Shown here piece by piece: positions 43,424 to 55,532 of a stretch of DNA of 64,000 nucleotides (position 1 is the stretch's first letter; each line of letters starts with the position of its first letter). Made by a program: the position numbers and the translations under genes. Source of the stretch: Candidatus Marinacidobacterales bacterium (GTDB lineage: Bacteria > Acidobacteriota > Vicinamibacteria > Marinacidobacterales > SMYC01). The stretch is taken from contig OZ250169.1 of NCBI GenBank assembly GCA_965237955.1, forward strand, positions 192,001 through 256,000, read 5' to 3'. The notes beneath the pieces are model-generated. The model ran no database searches. It saw nothing but the letters and a program-made list of their open reading frames with translations, and was not told the DNA's origin.

Positions 43424-43855
43424 ATGCCGCAGGATACAGGGGTTGGCCGGAACGTCGTTTTGGACGGTTTGGACTTCGCCAGCTTACGGCGGGTCTGGGA
43501 GCAAACCTTTGGGGCTACTCCTCCAAGCTCGCTCTCGCGCGTTTTCCTGCGCCGCGTTCTCTTGCACGAACGCCAGTGCCGGACCCATGGCGGGCTTTCG
43601 GCTACAACCCGGCGCATTCTGGCCGCCATGGTGAACGGGACACCAGGCAACGCCGCTCCCGCAGGGTCCGTTTCTGCCGGCACCCATCTCGTCCGCGAGT
43701 GGAATGGCCGGACCTACCAGGTCGAGGTAATCGACAACGGCTATCGGTTCGATGGCAAAACCTATCCGTCCCTCACCGCCATCACAAAGCGAATCACCGG
43801 AACCCACTGGTCAGGACCACGCTTTTTCGGTCTGACGCCCAAGCGCAAGGCCTAA
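43424..43855 (+). CDS. DUF2924 family protein
   Basis: GTHLVREWNG, FDGKTYPSLTAI..ITGTHWSGPRFFGL; directly upstream of a serine recombinase. Confidence 0.85.
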   Translation: MPQDTGVGRNVVLDGLDFASLRRVWEQTFGATPPSSLSRVFLRRVLLHERQCRTHGGLSATTRRILAAMVNGTPGNAAPAGSVSAGTHLVREWNGRTYQVEVIDNGYRFDGKTYPSLTAITKRITGTHWSGPRFFGLTPKRKA

Positions 43856-43856
43856 C

Positions 43857-45528
43857 ATGAAGAAAATCCGCTGTGCCATCTATACGCGAAAGAGCGCGGA
43901 AGAAGGTCTCGAGCAGGAGTTCAACTCCCTCGATGCGCAGCGAGAAGCCTGCGCCGCGTATGTCGCGAGCCAGAAAGCGGAGGGCTGGGTGCTGCTGCCA
44001 ACCGTCTACGAGGACGCGGGGATCTCGGGAGGAACCCTGGAGCGCCCGGGCCTGCAGCGCTTGCTCGCCGACATTGATGCCGGTCTCGTCGAGCAGATTG
44101 TGGTCTACAAGGTCGACCGGCTGACCCGTTCCCTCTCCGACTTTGCGAAGCTCGTCGAACGGCTCGAGGCGGCCGGCGCGGTTTTCGTCTCGGTGACTCA
44201 GTCCTTCAACACCGCGACCAGCATGGGACGACTGACGCTGCATATGCTGCTGTCCTTCGCGCAATTCGAACGCGAGGTCACGGCCGAGCGGATCCGCGAT
44301 AAGGTCGCTGCCTCCAAGCGCAAAGGGACTATGGATGGGCGGCCGCGTACCGCTAGGCTATGAGAAGGACGAGCGCACGCTGCGCATCAACGAGGCTGAG
44401 GCCGAAACGGTCCGGACGCTCTATGCGCTGTACCGGAAGCACGGAACGCTCCGGCAGGTGAAGGCCGAGGCAGACCATCTGGGACTGCGCACCAAGCAAC
44501 GGCTTACCGCTGATGGAACCCGGACAGGAGGGCTGCCGTTCCGTCGCGGACACCTCCACTGCCTGCTGACCAATCCTCTCTACGCCGGCCGCATCCGGCA
44601 CCAGAGGCGTGTCTACGAGGGCCAGCATCCATCGATCATTGCTCCGGAACTCTGGGACGAGGTCCAGGCGCAGCTGCAGGCAGGGGCTGCCAAACCGAGG
44701 AAACGCACGACGAAGGGCCGTGCAGCCCGTTCCCCACTGGCAGGCAAGCTCTTCGACGAGACCGGGGACCGGCTGACGCCGAGCCACACCAAAAAGAAAA
44801 ACGGGCAACGGCTCCGCTACTACGTCTCCCGGCGCCTCATCCAGCACAGTGGCCAAAAGGACCTCTCCGGCTGGCGCCTGCCCGCCCCGATGCTGGAACA
44901 GACCGTCGTGCATCTCATCCGACAGCATGTGGATGCCACGACCTTCTCGGCGTCGTTGATCCACACTCCGACGATGCAAGAGCTCACCTCGGTGCGTCGC
45001 TTTTTAGACGGGCTGTGTTCCGGTAGTAATGGCAATAATAATGACAGTGCCTCGGCAGCCCCCCTGCTCCATCTTATCCGGCGGGTCGATATCAGCCCCG
45101 GCTCTGTGTCCATCCTGCTCGACCGCAATGCGTTCGCTGCTTGCCTGTCTATGGGACCTGACCGCATTCGCGAGGGTGCACTCCGCATCCACGCACCGTT
45201 CCGCTTGCGTCGACGCGGCGTCGAGACCAAGCTCGTTCTGGGCAACCCCACGAAATCCGTCGACCGCACACTCCTGCGCAATATCGCCAACGCCCTCTCC
45301 TGGCTCGACCGGATCAAAGCAGGCAAAACCTATGAGCAGATTGCAACCGAAGACGCCATCCCAACGGACCGCGTGCGCAAGGTGATCCGCTATGCCTTCC
45401 TGGCCCCCGACATCGTCCGCGCCATTGTCGAAGGTCGCCAGCCCGTTGGGCTGACCTCGAGCTACCTCTTGCATCATCCGCTTCCCGACGATTGGGAGAA
45501 ACAACGAGTGCTCGTCGCAACGCTGTGA
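43857..45528 (+). pseudogene. Large serine recombinase with a +1 frameshift at about 44325 (or a sequencing error)
   Basis: CAIYTRKS, SGGTLERPGL, DRLTRS; KRKG|LWMGG split across frames. Confidence 0.88.
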
Positions 45529-45944
45529 GCCTGCAAGCGCCCCACTTCGTGAATAGGCTCGGTTAGCAGCAAGCTGCTCTCCGACACTGGCCTCCGCCAA
45601 TCAGCCTCAAACTGGCCCAAATTCCCTGTCATGGTTTCCAGACTCGGATAGCTCCTTGTACTGGACCGTCTGCGGAGTCATCTTCGTTTCCTCCGTAAAA
45701 CTCCGCTGGATGAATTCGAGGTTTGGCCAATTCGAATTCCGCTATTCGCCTTCTCCTCAGGCGCGATCTAGGCGTAGAGCGTCTTCTCATTGTCTGCGCG
45801 ATTAAGTGGAAAAACGGCCCGATAAGCCCCAAAATCGCACCAAATTGCCCGTTGATGGGTGCTTCCGCCATTAAGTGTTGGTGAGATGACGCTAAGACTT
45901 TACGCTGCATTAAATTACAGCCAAAATAGCGCTCGCGACCTTCT

Positions 45945-46047
45945 CAACAACATCCATCGCCTACTCCATCGCTTCCAGCCGAAACCTTGGCGCAAGAAGC
46001 GCCAAGACTTCTCGGCCTTCGCCTTGACGTATATCCTTCGTCCCCTC
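45945..46047 (-). pseudogene. Group II intron RT remnant with N- and C-termini fused
   Basis: RRIYVKAKAEKSWRF joined to RQGFGWKRWSRRW. Confidence 0.6.
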
Positions 46048-46175
46048 TGTGCCAACATCGGTGAGACACTTCGCCCCTTGAAATTAGTGTAGAGGGCGGA
46101 GGAGGATCAACGCATGAGTATGTTGCCTGAGAGAGAGACCTCGACGGGATCGGAAGGAGCCCGTAGGGCGACTGG
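46048..46175 (+). mobile_element. IS3-like left-end remnant
   Basis: TGTGCCAACATCGGTGAGACA end; GGAGG RBS; MSMLPERETSTGSEGARRATG. Confidence 0.5.
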
Positions 46176-46321
46176 GTGCGCCTGGCATGGATGAATGGCG
46201 GCGGGTGCAAGTCCCGTATGGAGCCAGCTGGAGGCAACCATAAATCGTAGGCAACTGCATGAGTCCGGAACCGGCGAGAGCCTGAACCGACCTTTCCCGT
46301 GAGGGCGTGTGGGATGGAAGC
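46176..46321 (+). mobile_element. Group II intron 5' end (part of domain I), cut by IS5
   Basis: Canonical GTGCG start: GTGCGCCTGGCATGG..GGTGCAAGTCCC. Confidence 0.65.
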
Positions 46322-47406
46322 GGCGTTGTTGCACCGCTCTGGCTGAGAGCGAAATCCGCCTATGGTGGTGGCCGAGGTATGTTCGAGCATGAAGTATCCC
46401 AAGCGCTGCCAGTACAAGCACGCGAAGCAGAAGAAGTACCACGTTCGCAACTGGGCGGAATACAACGAAGGGCTGCGCCGCCGGGGCGATTTGACAGTCT
46501 GGTTTGACGAGGAGGCAATCGCGAACTGGAAGGCCGACAAGACCGGTAAGCCTGGCGGTCAACGGGTCTATTCAGACATGGCGATTGAAACGGGCCTGGT
46601 TGTCCGGATGGTGTACAAGCTCGCCTACCGACAAACCGAAGGCTTCTTGCACTCGATCGCCTCGCTGCTCGGGCTCGGTATCGAGATCCCGGACTACTCG
46701 ACGTTGTGTCGGCGCTCGAGGTTGCTCCGCAAGAAGCTGCGGATTCCGAAAGCCGCGAGCACTCAACCCATCCACCTGATGATCGATAGCACGGGCTTGA
46801 GGATTCATGTTGGAAACGCCCGCAAACCGCCAAAGCTGCGCGCATGGCGCAAGTTGCACATCGCCGTTGATCGCGAGACAGGGAACATTGTTGCGTCCGA
46901 ACTGACGGCGTCACGAGCTCGCGACGCAACCCGAGTCCCCGCTTTGCTAACACAGATTCAAGCACCTCTAGTGTCGGTGGCGGCGGACAGTGCATACGAC
47001 AAGGAAGCGGTCTACGAAGCCATCGAAGCGCACAGTCCTGGACGAAGGACGCGCGTGGTGATTCCGCCGCAACGAAACGCGACGCTCAGTCAGAATTCGA
47101 ACACCGCCATGCAGGAGCGCGATCGCCATATTCGTGCAATCGAAAGACACGGCCGACGTGAATGGTACAAGCTCTCAGGCTACACCAAGCGAAGCATGGT
47201 GGAGAACGCGGTCTATCGTTACAAGGCGATCATCGGGCCGGAGATGCGGGCTCGAACGTTGGCGAGGCAACGAGTTGAACACCGAATTGGGTGCGAGATA
47301 CTCACCAAGATGGCTGCGCTCGGGATGCCCGATACGTACTGCGCCGGGTGACTCTGCAACCGGCACAGGGAGGTCAGCGATTTGCTCCGGGCCGTGCAAC
47401 AACGCC
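46322..47406 (+). mobile_element. IS5-family (IS903 group) element, transposase 46362-47351
   Basis: IRs GGCGTTGTTGCAC; intact ADSAYD motif. Confidence 0.93.
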
Positions 47407-48238
47407 CGTAGGGGCAACAGCTTCGCCAATTTCTTCAAGCACGCCGACAACGATCCAGACGAAGTCTCGGACGGCGCATGGCGAAAAGGGCGATATGACT
47501 CGCAAAACTCGCAAAACTCCCCGTATGGGCCAGGACGTAGGTTCCGACCTGTGCTTCGGGGTTTCCAGCCGAGACCGGATAGCTCCGGACTTCACCATCC
47601 GCCACCCAGTCTGGCCAATTGTGGCACTGCAGAGACGGGTGAGATTTTCCGCGCGGTTGGGCGGGGTTTTGCAGGGGTAGGTGTCACCAGAGACGCGCTA
47701 GAAGGGCTGAACGGGCCTCATTTTCGGTTTTGGTCTCTAATCTCGATTTTCGAGTGCCACGTTTGCGCCAAAGGGGGGGAGCGGGTCGCTGACAGGGCCG
47801 TGCAGCGTCGGAAAAGAGACCGCCCGAGAGGTCCAGAATCAAGGCCAGGGCTACCACGGCGTAGCCGGCTAGCACGTTCTGGTCCAGGTGCGGCCCGGGC
47901 CTGGATCCAGGTCTCCGCCCGGGAGCGTGGCATCCCGTTGCTGGACGGTGTTTTCCCTGCGCGTACGGGGAACCCGAATCGCCGACATCGCCCCCGACAC
48001 GCCCCAGATCTGGAGCTCGCCATGGGTCGATGACGATCGAAACGGCCCGGCGCGCCAGTCTTGAGTTTGTTTGTGTTTTTGGACAGGACGCGGTCTTTGC
48101 TGACGAGGTCGTCGCACGACTCGCCGGGATCTTGTTCGCGCTCGAGTCCGTTTGTGTTTTTGGACACGACGGCTTTCTATTTATTCATCCGCGCGCACTG
48201 AACTTGATTCATCTCCGGTCTGTCGGCACCATGCCCGC

Positions 48239-48665
48239 ATGATTTCGTCGTTGATTCCCGCTCTCATCTCTGCCTTCAAGGCTCGTCGCGAGCTGGCTCT
48301 CGAGAATGTCGCTCTTCGGCAGCAGCTCGCCGTCCTCCGTCGTTCGGTGAAACGGCCGCGGGTTTTGGGTGCTGTTGCGCAGAATTTGGACTGACTGGGA
48401 GAGCGTCCTCGTCATAGTGAACCCTGAGACGGTCCTCCGCTGGCACCGTTGTGGGTTCAGACGATAATGGGCTTGGAAGAGCCGACGGCGTAGGCCTGGA
48501 CGACCAGGCGTCGCTCCCGAAATACGTGAGCTGATACGGAACATGAGCAAGGCCAACCCTCTATGGGGAACTCCCAGCGTGCATGGCGAGCTAGCGAAGC
48601 TGGGCATCTCCATTTCCCAGGCTGCCGTCTCCAAGTATATGGTTCGCCATCGCACGCCACCGCAG
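48239..48665 (+). pseudogene. Integrase-core transposase remnant
   Basis: LALENVALRQQLAVLRR, KPETVLRWH, ANPLWG with a stop and a deletion. Confidence 0.75.
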
Positions 48666-48723
48666 TACCATTTCACCCTTCCTCCATCGACCGTCTGTTC
48701 ATGAGTCTCGAGTCTTCGTGTAC

Positions 48724-50005
48724 TCACTCCAACGGACCCTTAACAGAGCGTCGGAATCGATTGAACAGAGTCCGCACTCCCTCTGCCGCAAGGACCGCGA
48801 TGCACACGGTTGTCGAAGTCCGCATCCTGGTGTCCATCCCGGATGTTTGCGACGCCATCGTTGCTAGAGTGACATAGCCGATGATGGTCAGTGTGATAAG
48901 AAAGCTAGGCCAGTCCTTCCGCTTCCATATGACGCCAAGCCCAATGCCGGCAAGCGCATACAACGAGAGATTGTAAATTAGCTCCAGCAAGGATGGCGCA
49001 CCGTAAAGTGTACTGAAGCCATACATGTAAAAGAGCCCAACTGGAATCAAAGCGATGTACCAAAAGGGATGCTCGAGGAAAACTGATATCGCGATGCGAC
49101 GCATCGCTCTGACGCGTCGACCGTCATCAGGTGCAAAGTTTCGCCAGAAGTTTGACACTTCGAGCTCTTCCTGCGGACTGCCCAATCGCTCTTCCAGTTC
49201 CGACATAAACTGACGGCGAACGACATCGGGGGACACGCCCCCCCGTGCCCAGCGCTCCACGCTCGCGGCACGGTAGAAAAGCATGTTGAAGGTACTTACG
49301 GTGGTATAGGTGAATTCGCCAATAAAGTATAGATTCCGGCCGCTCCATACAAGCACACAGATGAGAGGGATAATCGCGAAGGCGCTGTACATCCGCCAGC
49401 GTAGCCGGACCAAAGAACAGAAGATGGGAAAGCAGAACAGGAACAGATAAATTGTCGTCGGCCTAGCGAGCACGGACAATCCCAGCCAAAGTCCAGCAAG
49501 ACTGGCATCTGACAATCGCTGGAGCTTGACGCTACGCGCCAACCAAAGCACTGATAGGGCGATAAACAAGTTTGCGAGAGACTCGGCTAGCACCGTAATG
49601 TTGTGCGCCGTGGAGGCAGGGTCGATCGCGACCAGGGCCCCCCGCGACAACGCTGAAGGGAGTGTTGTGTATCAATCTCAGACCAACCAGGTAGGCAAGA
49701 GCGGCGGTGGCCGAGCCGAGCAGCGTGTTCGCGACGGCGACCGCTAGATGCGATTCACCGAAGATCCCATACAGTCCCGCGACGAAAAGCGGCATAAGCG
49801 GCGGCCGCGCCGCGAACAGCTGGCTCGACCAGCCTGATCCAAGCAGCAAGTCCAACGCCAGGCTGTGATACGTATCGTCGGAAGAGAGCTCGAAAGGAGA
49901 GAGCTCTCGGGAAAGAGCAAAATAATAGAGACACCCGATACGCAAGGTGAGAGCACAGGTAAAAATGCCCCAAAGAATCATCCAGTCTTGTCTTCGGAGC
50001 GCCAC
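48724..50005 (-). pseudogene. ArnT/PMT-like (GT-C) membrane glycosyltransferase, frameshifted in a G6 run at 49638-49643
   Basis: SSDDTYH, RPPLMP, LAESL, LARP motifs split between ORFs 49532-50005 and 48724-49650. Confidence 0.8.
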
Positions 50006-50314
50006 GCCGCGAATCTCTGCTTTGCGGAGACTACCAGAAACATCGTAGAGTTTCTATCTAATACTTCTCTCCAAGTTCCACACGCCGGGCTCCTGGGCTG
50101 GCTCTCAACATCGTTCTCTGTACGGTGCTTTCATATCTCACGTCACCCGCAGCGCCAAACTGAGTTAAGCCCGACCATGATCAATAACTGACCGGCTTGA
50201 TAGCACGATGTGTCCCGAGGTCCGTGGAAGGTCGATCAGCTTCTCGAGGGTACTTTCGAGTGAACGAACGATTTCGGTCACTCCCCGATGACCTCCGCCC
50301 ACGCGGGCGGTGCC

Positions 50315-50591
50315 ATTGCTGTCAAGTTGGGCCTTTAACTGACAGAATGAGCCAATGAACAGCAAGTCGCCGAGCTACCGCGGATATCGATTTCCACCGG
50401 AGATCATCAGCCACGCCGTTTGGCTCTACCATCGCTTTTGTTTGAGCTTTCGAGATGTAGAGGACCTCCTTGCCCAGCGCGGGATCACCGTCTCGTATGA
50501 AGCGGTCCGACTTTGGTGCATCAAGTTCGGTCCAGAATACGCTCGCGGGCTGAAGCGACGGCAAGGTCGCCTCGGCGATACGTGGCACTTG
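50315..50591 (+). mobile_element. Divergent IS6 left remnant truncated by an IS21 end
   Basis: YRGYRFPPEIISHAVWLY..GDTWHL. Confidence 0.85.
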
Positions 50592-51600
50592 TGTTAGCGA
50601 TCATGTAAAAGCGCGGGTTTCTGACACATGGGGTCGGGGGGGCTAGCAAGGAAGTTGGAGTTGCCGATGTCGGGGTCGTTTGGCCTGATGGGTGTGGCGT
50701 TTCAGTACCAGGAGCTGAAGTCGTTTCAGGCTGATCGGCAGTAGAGGTAGAAGGTGGTGAAGACGCGGAACGCGAGGCAGGAAAAGAAGGGGGGGCGTCA
50801 ATCCACCCGTGAAGTGTTTGACGACTCCTATCGTTGCCAGTCCTCGGAACGAGCGATCCATCGCCTGAGCGAAGCGCGGTGTGTTCTTTTTTTTTGAGGA
50901 GAGGTCGTCGTCGAAGTACCAACGGAAAGTTTTGATTTCCTCGAGGATGTCGAGGTGCGGAAAGTCGCGTTGAAGTTCCTCGACGAAGAGAGTGTCGGTA
51001 GCTGTGAGGAAAGGATATCCAGGGAGGTGATGTTCAAGGTAGTCGAGGATTCCCTGAATGGTGGGGTCGAAGCCGACGAAGGATTGCGGATGGTTGTGAT
51101 CCATGAGAGATCTCCTTTGGATTAGAGAAGGAGTTTTTGCCTGACGGCGACGACGAAGGAAGGGTCGACGGACGACGAATCGGTCATCGGGCCGAGGGCG
51201 AGCTGGCGTGTAAGGCAGCGCGGAGTAGAGCGCGAGAACGGAACGAACGTAGAGTGAGGAAGGAGGGTTGCGTCCTTTAGGCTGGGGCTTTTTTCTGTCG
51301 CCGTCTTTGTTTGCGCTCGTCATTTTCCTGCTCGCTTTCTCGGACGCGGTAACTCTTACCCTCGAGAACGGTGACATCGGCATGGTGGGTGAGCCTGTCC
51401 AGCAAGGTTGCGATGCAAGTGGCATTAGGAAAAACAGTGTTCCAGTCCTTGAAGGCGAGATTGGTAGTCAAGACGATGGAACGTCGCGCGTCGTAGCGAG
51501 GATTGACGACGTGGAAGAGGAGGTCGGCGGCGTTTTCGTCGTAGGAGAGATAGCCAAGCTCGTCGATGCAGAGCAACTTTGGTCGAAAGTACTTTCTCAA
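50592..51600 (-). mobile_element. istB: IS21-family right part: istB C-terminus (51277-51600) plus small accessory ORFs
   Basis: [26 protein letters not shown]; end TGTTAGCGATCATGTAAAA. Confidence 0.75.
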
Positions 51601-51807
51601 ACGCTGGCCGTCTGGTCAAAATACTCGAACGCCCAGCAGGTCAGCAATTTGCACCTTTCCAAAGGCCGCTTGAATCCGCCGTCGCGGTCGAATACTTATT
51701 CCAGTTCAGCGGAAGGAATCGCGATGGAGATGGACTGGAAGACCATGCTGAGACTACATCTCAGGATCCCGAAATGAACTACTATCGGTCGCAGGAAGGC
51801 TCGCTAG

Positions 51808-52613
51808 GGTATTGTCAAATTGAGCTGGTGACTGACAGAATGGTCCAATGAAGACCGATGCGCCAAGCTACCACGGCTATCGATTTCCACCGGAAATCAT
51901 CAGCCACGCCGTCTGGCTCTACCACCGATTCTGCGTGAGCTTTCGAAACGTCGAAGAGTTGCTCGCTCAGCGAGGCATCACGGTTTCTTACGAAGCGGTC
52001 CGACTGTGGTGCATTAAGTTCGGGCCGGAATACGCTCGGCGACTGAAGCGTCGTCAGGGTCGTCTCGGTGACACGTGGCACCTAGACGAGGTCTTCATAA
52101 AGATACAAGGTGAACGCCAATACCTCTGGCGCGCGGTAGACCAAGATGGTGATGTAATCGATATCCTCGTCCAGCCTCGCCGTGATCAGAAAGCCGCCAA
52201 ACGATTCTTCCGCAAGCTGTTGAAGGGGCAAGGCCGTCCGCCCTGGCAGCTGGTCACCGACAAACTGAGAAGCTACAGCGCCGCTCACCGCGAGGTCATG
52301 CCGTCCGTCGTCCACGACACTGACCAGTACAGAAACAACCTAGCCGAAGTCTCGCACGAGCCGACGCGACAACGGGAACGACAGATGCGAAAGTTTAAAG
52401 CTCCTGGGCAGGCGCAACGATTCTTGACCGTGCATGGACTCGTGCAAAATCTCTTTCGCGTCGGACGGCATTTGTTGCAAGCGCGTCATCATCGGGAGCT
52501 ACGAGACCGCCCTTTCATCGTCTGGCAGGAGGTAACGTGTGCCGCATGACGAGAGCAAAGGAAGTCAGCTCGACGCGATAGGTTCGCTCGCTCAACGTCA
52601 ACTTGACAATACC
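51808..52613 (+). mobile_element. Complete IS6-family element (806 bp), transposase 51848-52549
   Basis: IRs GGTATTGTCAA; HLDE, VTDK, NNLAE motifs. Confidence 0.95.
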
Positions 52614-52651
52614 GACCATTCTGTCAGTCACCACCTCAACTTGACAATACC
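52614..52651 (-). repeat. Extra 38-bp inverted IS6 left end abutting the IS6 right end
   Basis: Reverse complement of GGTATTGTCAAGTTGAGGTGGTGACTGACAGAATGGTC. Confidence 0.85.
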
Positions 52652-52687
52652 GTTTCGCCAGGAAACCAAGTCCCGGTTGACGCTCGT

Positions 52688-54732
52688 TCAGTTTATCGTG
52701 ATGGAGCCGAGCTGGATCTCTCCTTCCAGGGGGCGACCATTGGAGCTAAGCGCGGGTACAGCAGCCTTCGTCGCTCTGTCCTCAAGCCCCATCGTTAGCG
52801 TGTACTCACCTTTACCGACGGAACGCGGAACGTAAAGAGAGCGCTTCTGCGCGAAGAATGTCCCGGGTTTCCACGCTGCGAGCTTTTCGTCCAGGGGCTT
52901 CGGCTGTTCCAGAGCAGTTGTCCCGCCCGTCTCCCTCAGCCGAAGCACGATGTCGTACCCGCTGGCATCCAATTGTCTCTGAGCGTCCCAATACAGTGAC
53001 AGGTCCAGAGACTCGCCGTTCGACACGGTGTTGGTTCCTAGATCGAACCCACGAAAAATAACTGGCGGAATTAGCTCGTGCCGGTTGAAGGCAAGGAGTC
53101 CCGGAGTGGGCTCGCCGAAGAAGATGTGCATTGGATTCTCCATCACTCTAGGGAGTCGAAATATGTAGCGATCGGGTCCTTGGTGGCCGTCTTCGTTGAG
53201 GAGCTCCAAGACCGGTTCGAGTTTTGCCGGGAGAGCCTTTTGTTCGTCTCGGTTGATATGGAAAAGGCCGTTCTCGCTACGCGAATCGGCAACAATGAAC
53301 TCAAAACCCCGTCCCACGAGTCCCTCCAGTGACCCCTTTCGGATGGAGTTGATGATTTTCACGAAAAAGACCTTGGATCGTGGGGGGCCGGCGTTGGCAA
53401 GAAACTCGACCGCATTGTTCTCGACCGCGATGTGTGTTCCGCTCGGGACATTCTCCAGAAACCAATCGACCGTCGCGGACCGGCTATCGGGTCGGCCGAG
53501 GTATTCCGCTTGCGACATGCTCCGCGCCGCGAGAGGCCACAGAAGCAATAGAATCAGCGCACCAGGAACGAGCCTTGCGGTCCAGGCTGAAATGCCTTCA
53601 GGAAGACCGAGCGTCCGAAGTGGCCTGGTACCCATCAGGCAAAGCCGTTTCGCGATGTAGCCGACCGCGACGGCCCAGAGGATACATAGGAAAACGATCG
53701 CCGGTTGCCAATAGCTCAATGCCATTTGCCGGTAAAGAGACATTAAGAGTGTGAAGGAAGCGACGAACAGCCCGATCAGGCCGATACCGATCCAGTCCAT
53801 CCGGCCTCTTTCCAGAGGCCGGATGGAAGCGGCCAGCAGGCCAAAGAGCACGGTAACGAGTAAATAAGGAGGTTCGAGCCCCACGAGTAATCGAGTTACA
53901 CCTTCGCTAAGCGAGATCGGAATGGGCAGAGGGCCTTTCGTCAGAAGACTGGTGGTGGCCGGGTACGGCCCGTCGTGGATTTGATAGATGTCGTAGATGA
54001 AATGAAGCCAAAGCGCGACGCCCGCTGTGAGAATAGCCGCGGCAGTCAAGTGTCTGACGAATCGAGGAGTGCTTCGGCCGAAAAAAAACATCACGAGAAA
54101 GGGCAAGCCCACCAGAGGAAGGGCTTGATACTTAGTCAGAAACGATGCGAGTGCGGCTAGGAGGCTGACCTGAATCAATCCGAAGCGGATTGGATTTCGT
54201 GCAATGAGCATGAGCCATAGGCTGAGCAGCGCTGCGGTCGTGTAAGGAGTGTCGGGTGAGGCAAGGCTAGAAGTCGCGACAAGAGAAGGATGGACTGCTA
54301 TGATGAGAGCTGCTATCAGACCCGGCCCCGGCCCGGCAAGCGAACGTGCTATGAGGGCGGCAAGTAGCACCGCTGTCGAGCCGAGAATGGCATTCACGGA
54401 CCGCGCCACCAGGTAGTCGGTCGCGACCGGGGTTTCCGGCCCGGCTAACACGTCGATCAGTTTCTGTTCAACGATCCAAAGGGCGAGAAAACCTGGCGGG
54501 TACCCCCCCCCCGAGTTTCACCGAACGAGCCGTCTTTTTGGAAAGCCAATGTGAATGCGTAGCGCCTCGGCTCATCGGGGTTAACGAAGTACGGCAATGC
54601 AAAGCTGACTCCCGCCATTCGCAGAGTGAGTGCGGCGATGACAATCAAGAAGACCGCGGTGTACCAGGCCACGCGCGGACGCGCTTCAATCCAGTGTTTT
54701 AGTCGACTGGCTTGGCTGTGTCTGTTAGTCAA
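52688..54732 (-). pseudogene. GT-C (PMT/ArnT-like) membrane glycosyltransferase, out of frame at a G10 tract (54503-54512)
   Basis: NPDE in ORF 54457-54732; YPPGFL..ARSVNAILG..SPD..TKY in the next frame. Confidence 0.82.
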
Positions 54733-54846
54733 CCGAAAACGCCTAGGCTCTTTCTCTCCCGGCGACGGAGCAGGGTCGTGCTCGAACTCACCTTACCACC
54801 GGTACTCAGCCTCAACCGGCGCGCGACCGAAACTCATGGAGGTCCG

Positions 54847-54915
54847 TGTCAACGCCGGTCGAAAACTGCACATTCGTGGCAGATGAAAGTTGCACACTCG
54901 ACCCACGGGTGACGA
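54847..54915. mobile_element. Isolated IS21-family end
   Basis: TGTCAACGCC..AAAACTGCACA..AAAGTTGCACA. Confidence 0.6.
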
Positions 54916-54924
54916 ACCCTAAGG

Positions 54925-55351
54925 CGTGATCGTGATTCACCGTCGGTTCCGGCTTCACGAGCTTCTCGGCGAGGTTGAACAGGTTGAAACAGTTCGGGGT
55001 GGAGACGACGAGTCGTCCGCCGGGCTCAAGGTGTCGCCGCGCCGCGTCGAGAAACAGGCCCGGGTTCGAAAGGTGCTCGAGGACATCCCCGGCGAAGAGG
55101 ACGTCGAAACGCTTTTGAAGCGAGAAGTTCTCCGCGCTCTGTCGCGCGTAGCGTGGACCTTTCTGGGGCAGCCGGGCGTTGTCGAAGTCGAGATCGATAC
55201 CGTGTAGCTCTCTCGCTCGACGAAGGAGGATCGCGTGCGCCCAGTTCGGATCGTCGACCGTAACTCCCTGACCCCAGAAGCCGATGTCGAGTACGACGTC
55301 GTGGGCGTTGACGAGCGATTCGATGAGCTCGTTCTTATCCGCAAAGATCAT
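54925..55351 (-). pseudogene. SAM methyltransferase, 3'-truncated
   Basis: VLDIGFWGQG, GDVLEHLSNPG, STPN. Confidence 0.75.
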
Positions 55352-55532
55352 GATGCCGACTCTGATCCCAGATCTACACCATTTTATACCAAGCGCCTTT
55401 CGCGTGGGCCAGATGTTATCGTGTCGGACTTGTCAGGCGCCGGAAACCGGCCACGGGGTTTGGAACGAGGTCGAACCTGCCGGAAGCGACCTGGAGTATA
55501 ATCTCGTCGTCTCGAGAGGAGGCGCGACTCGC

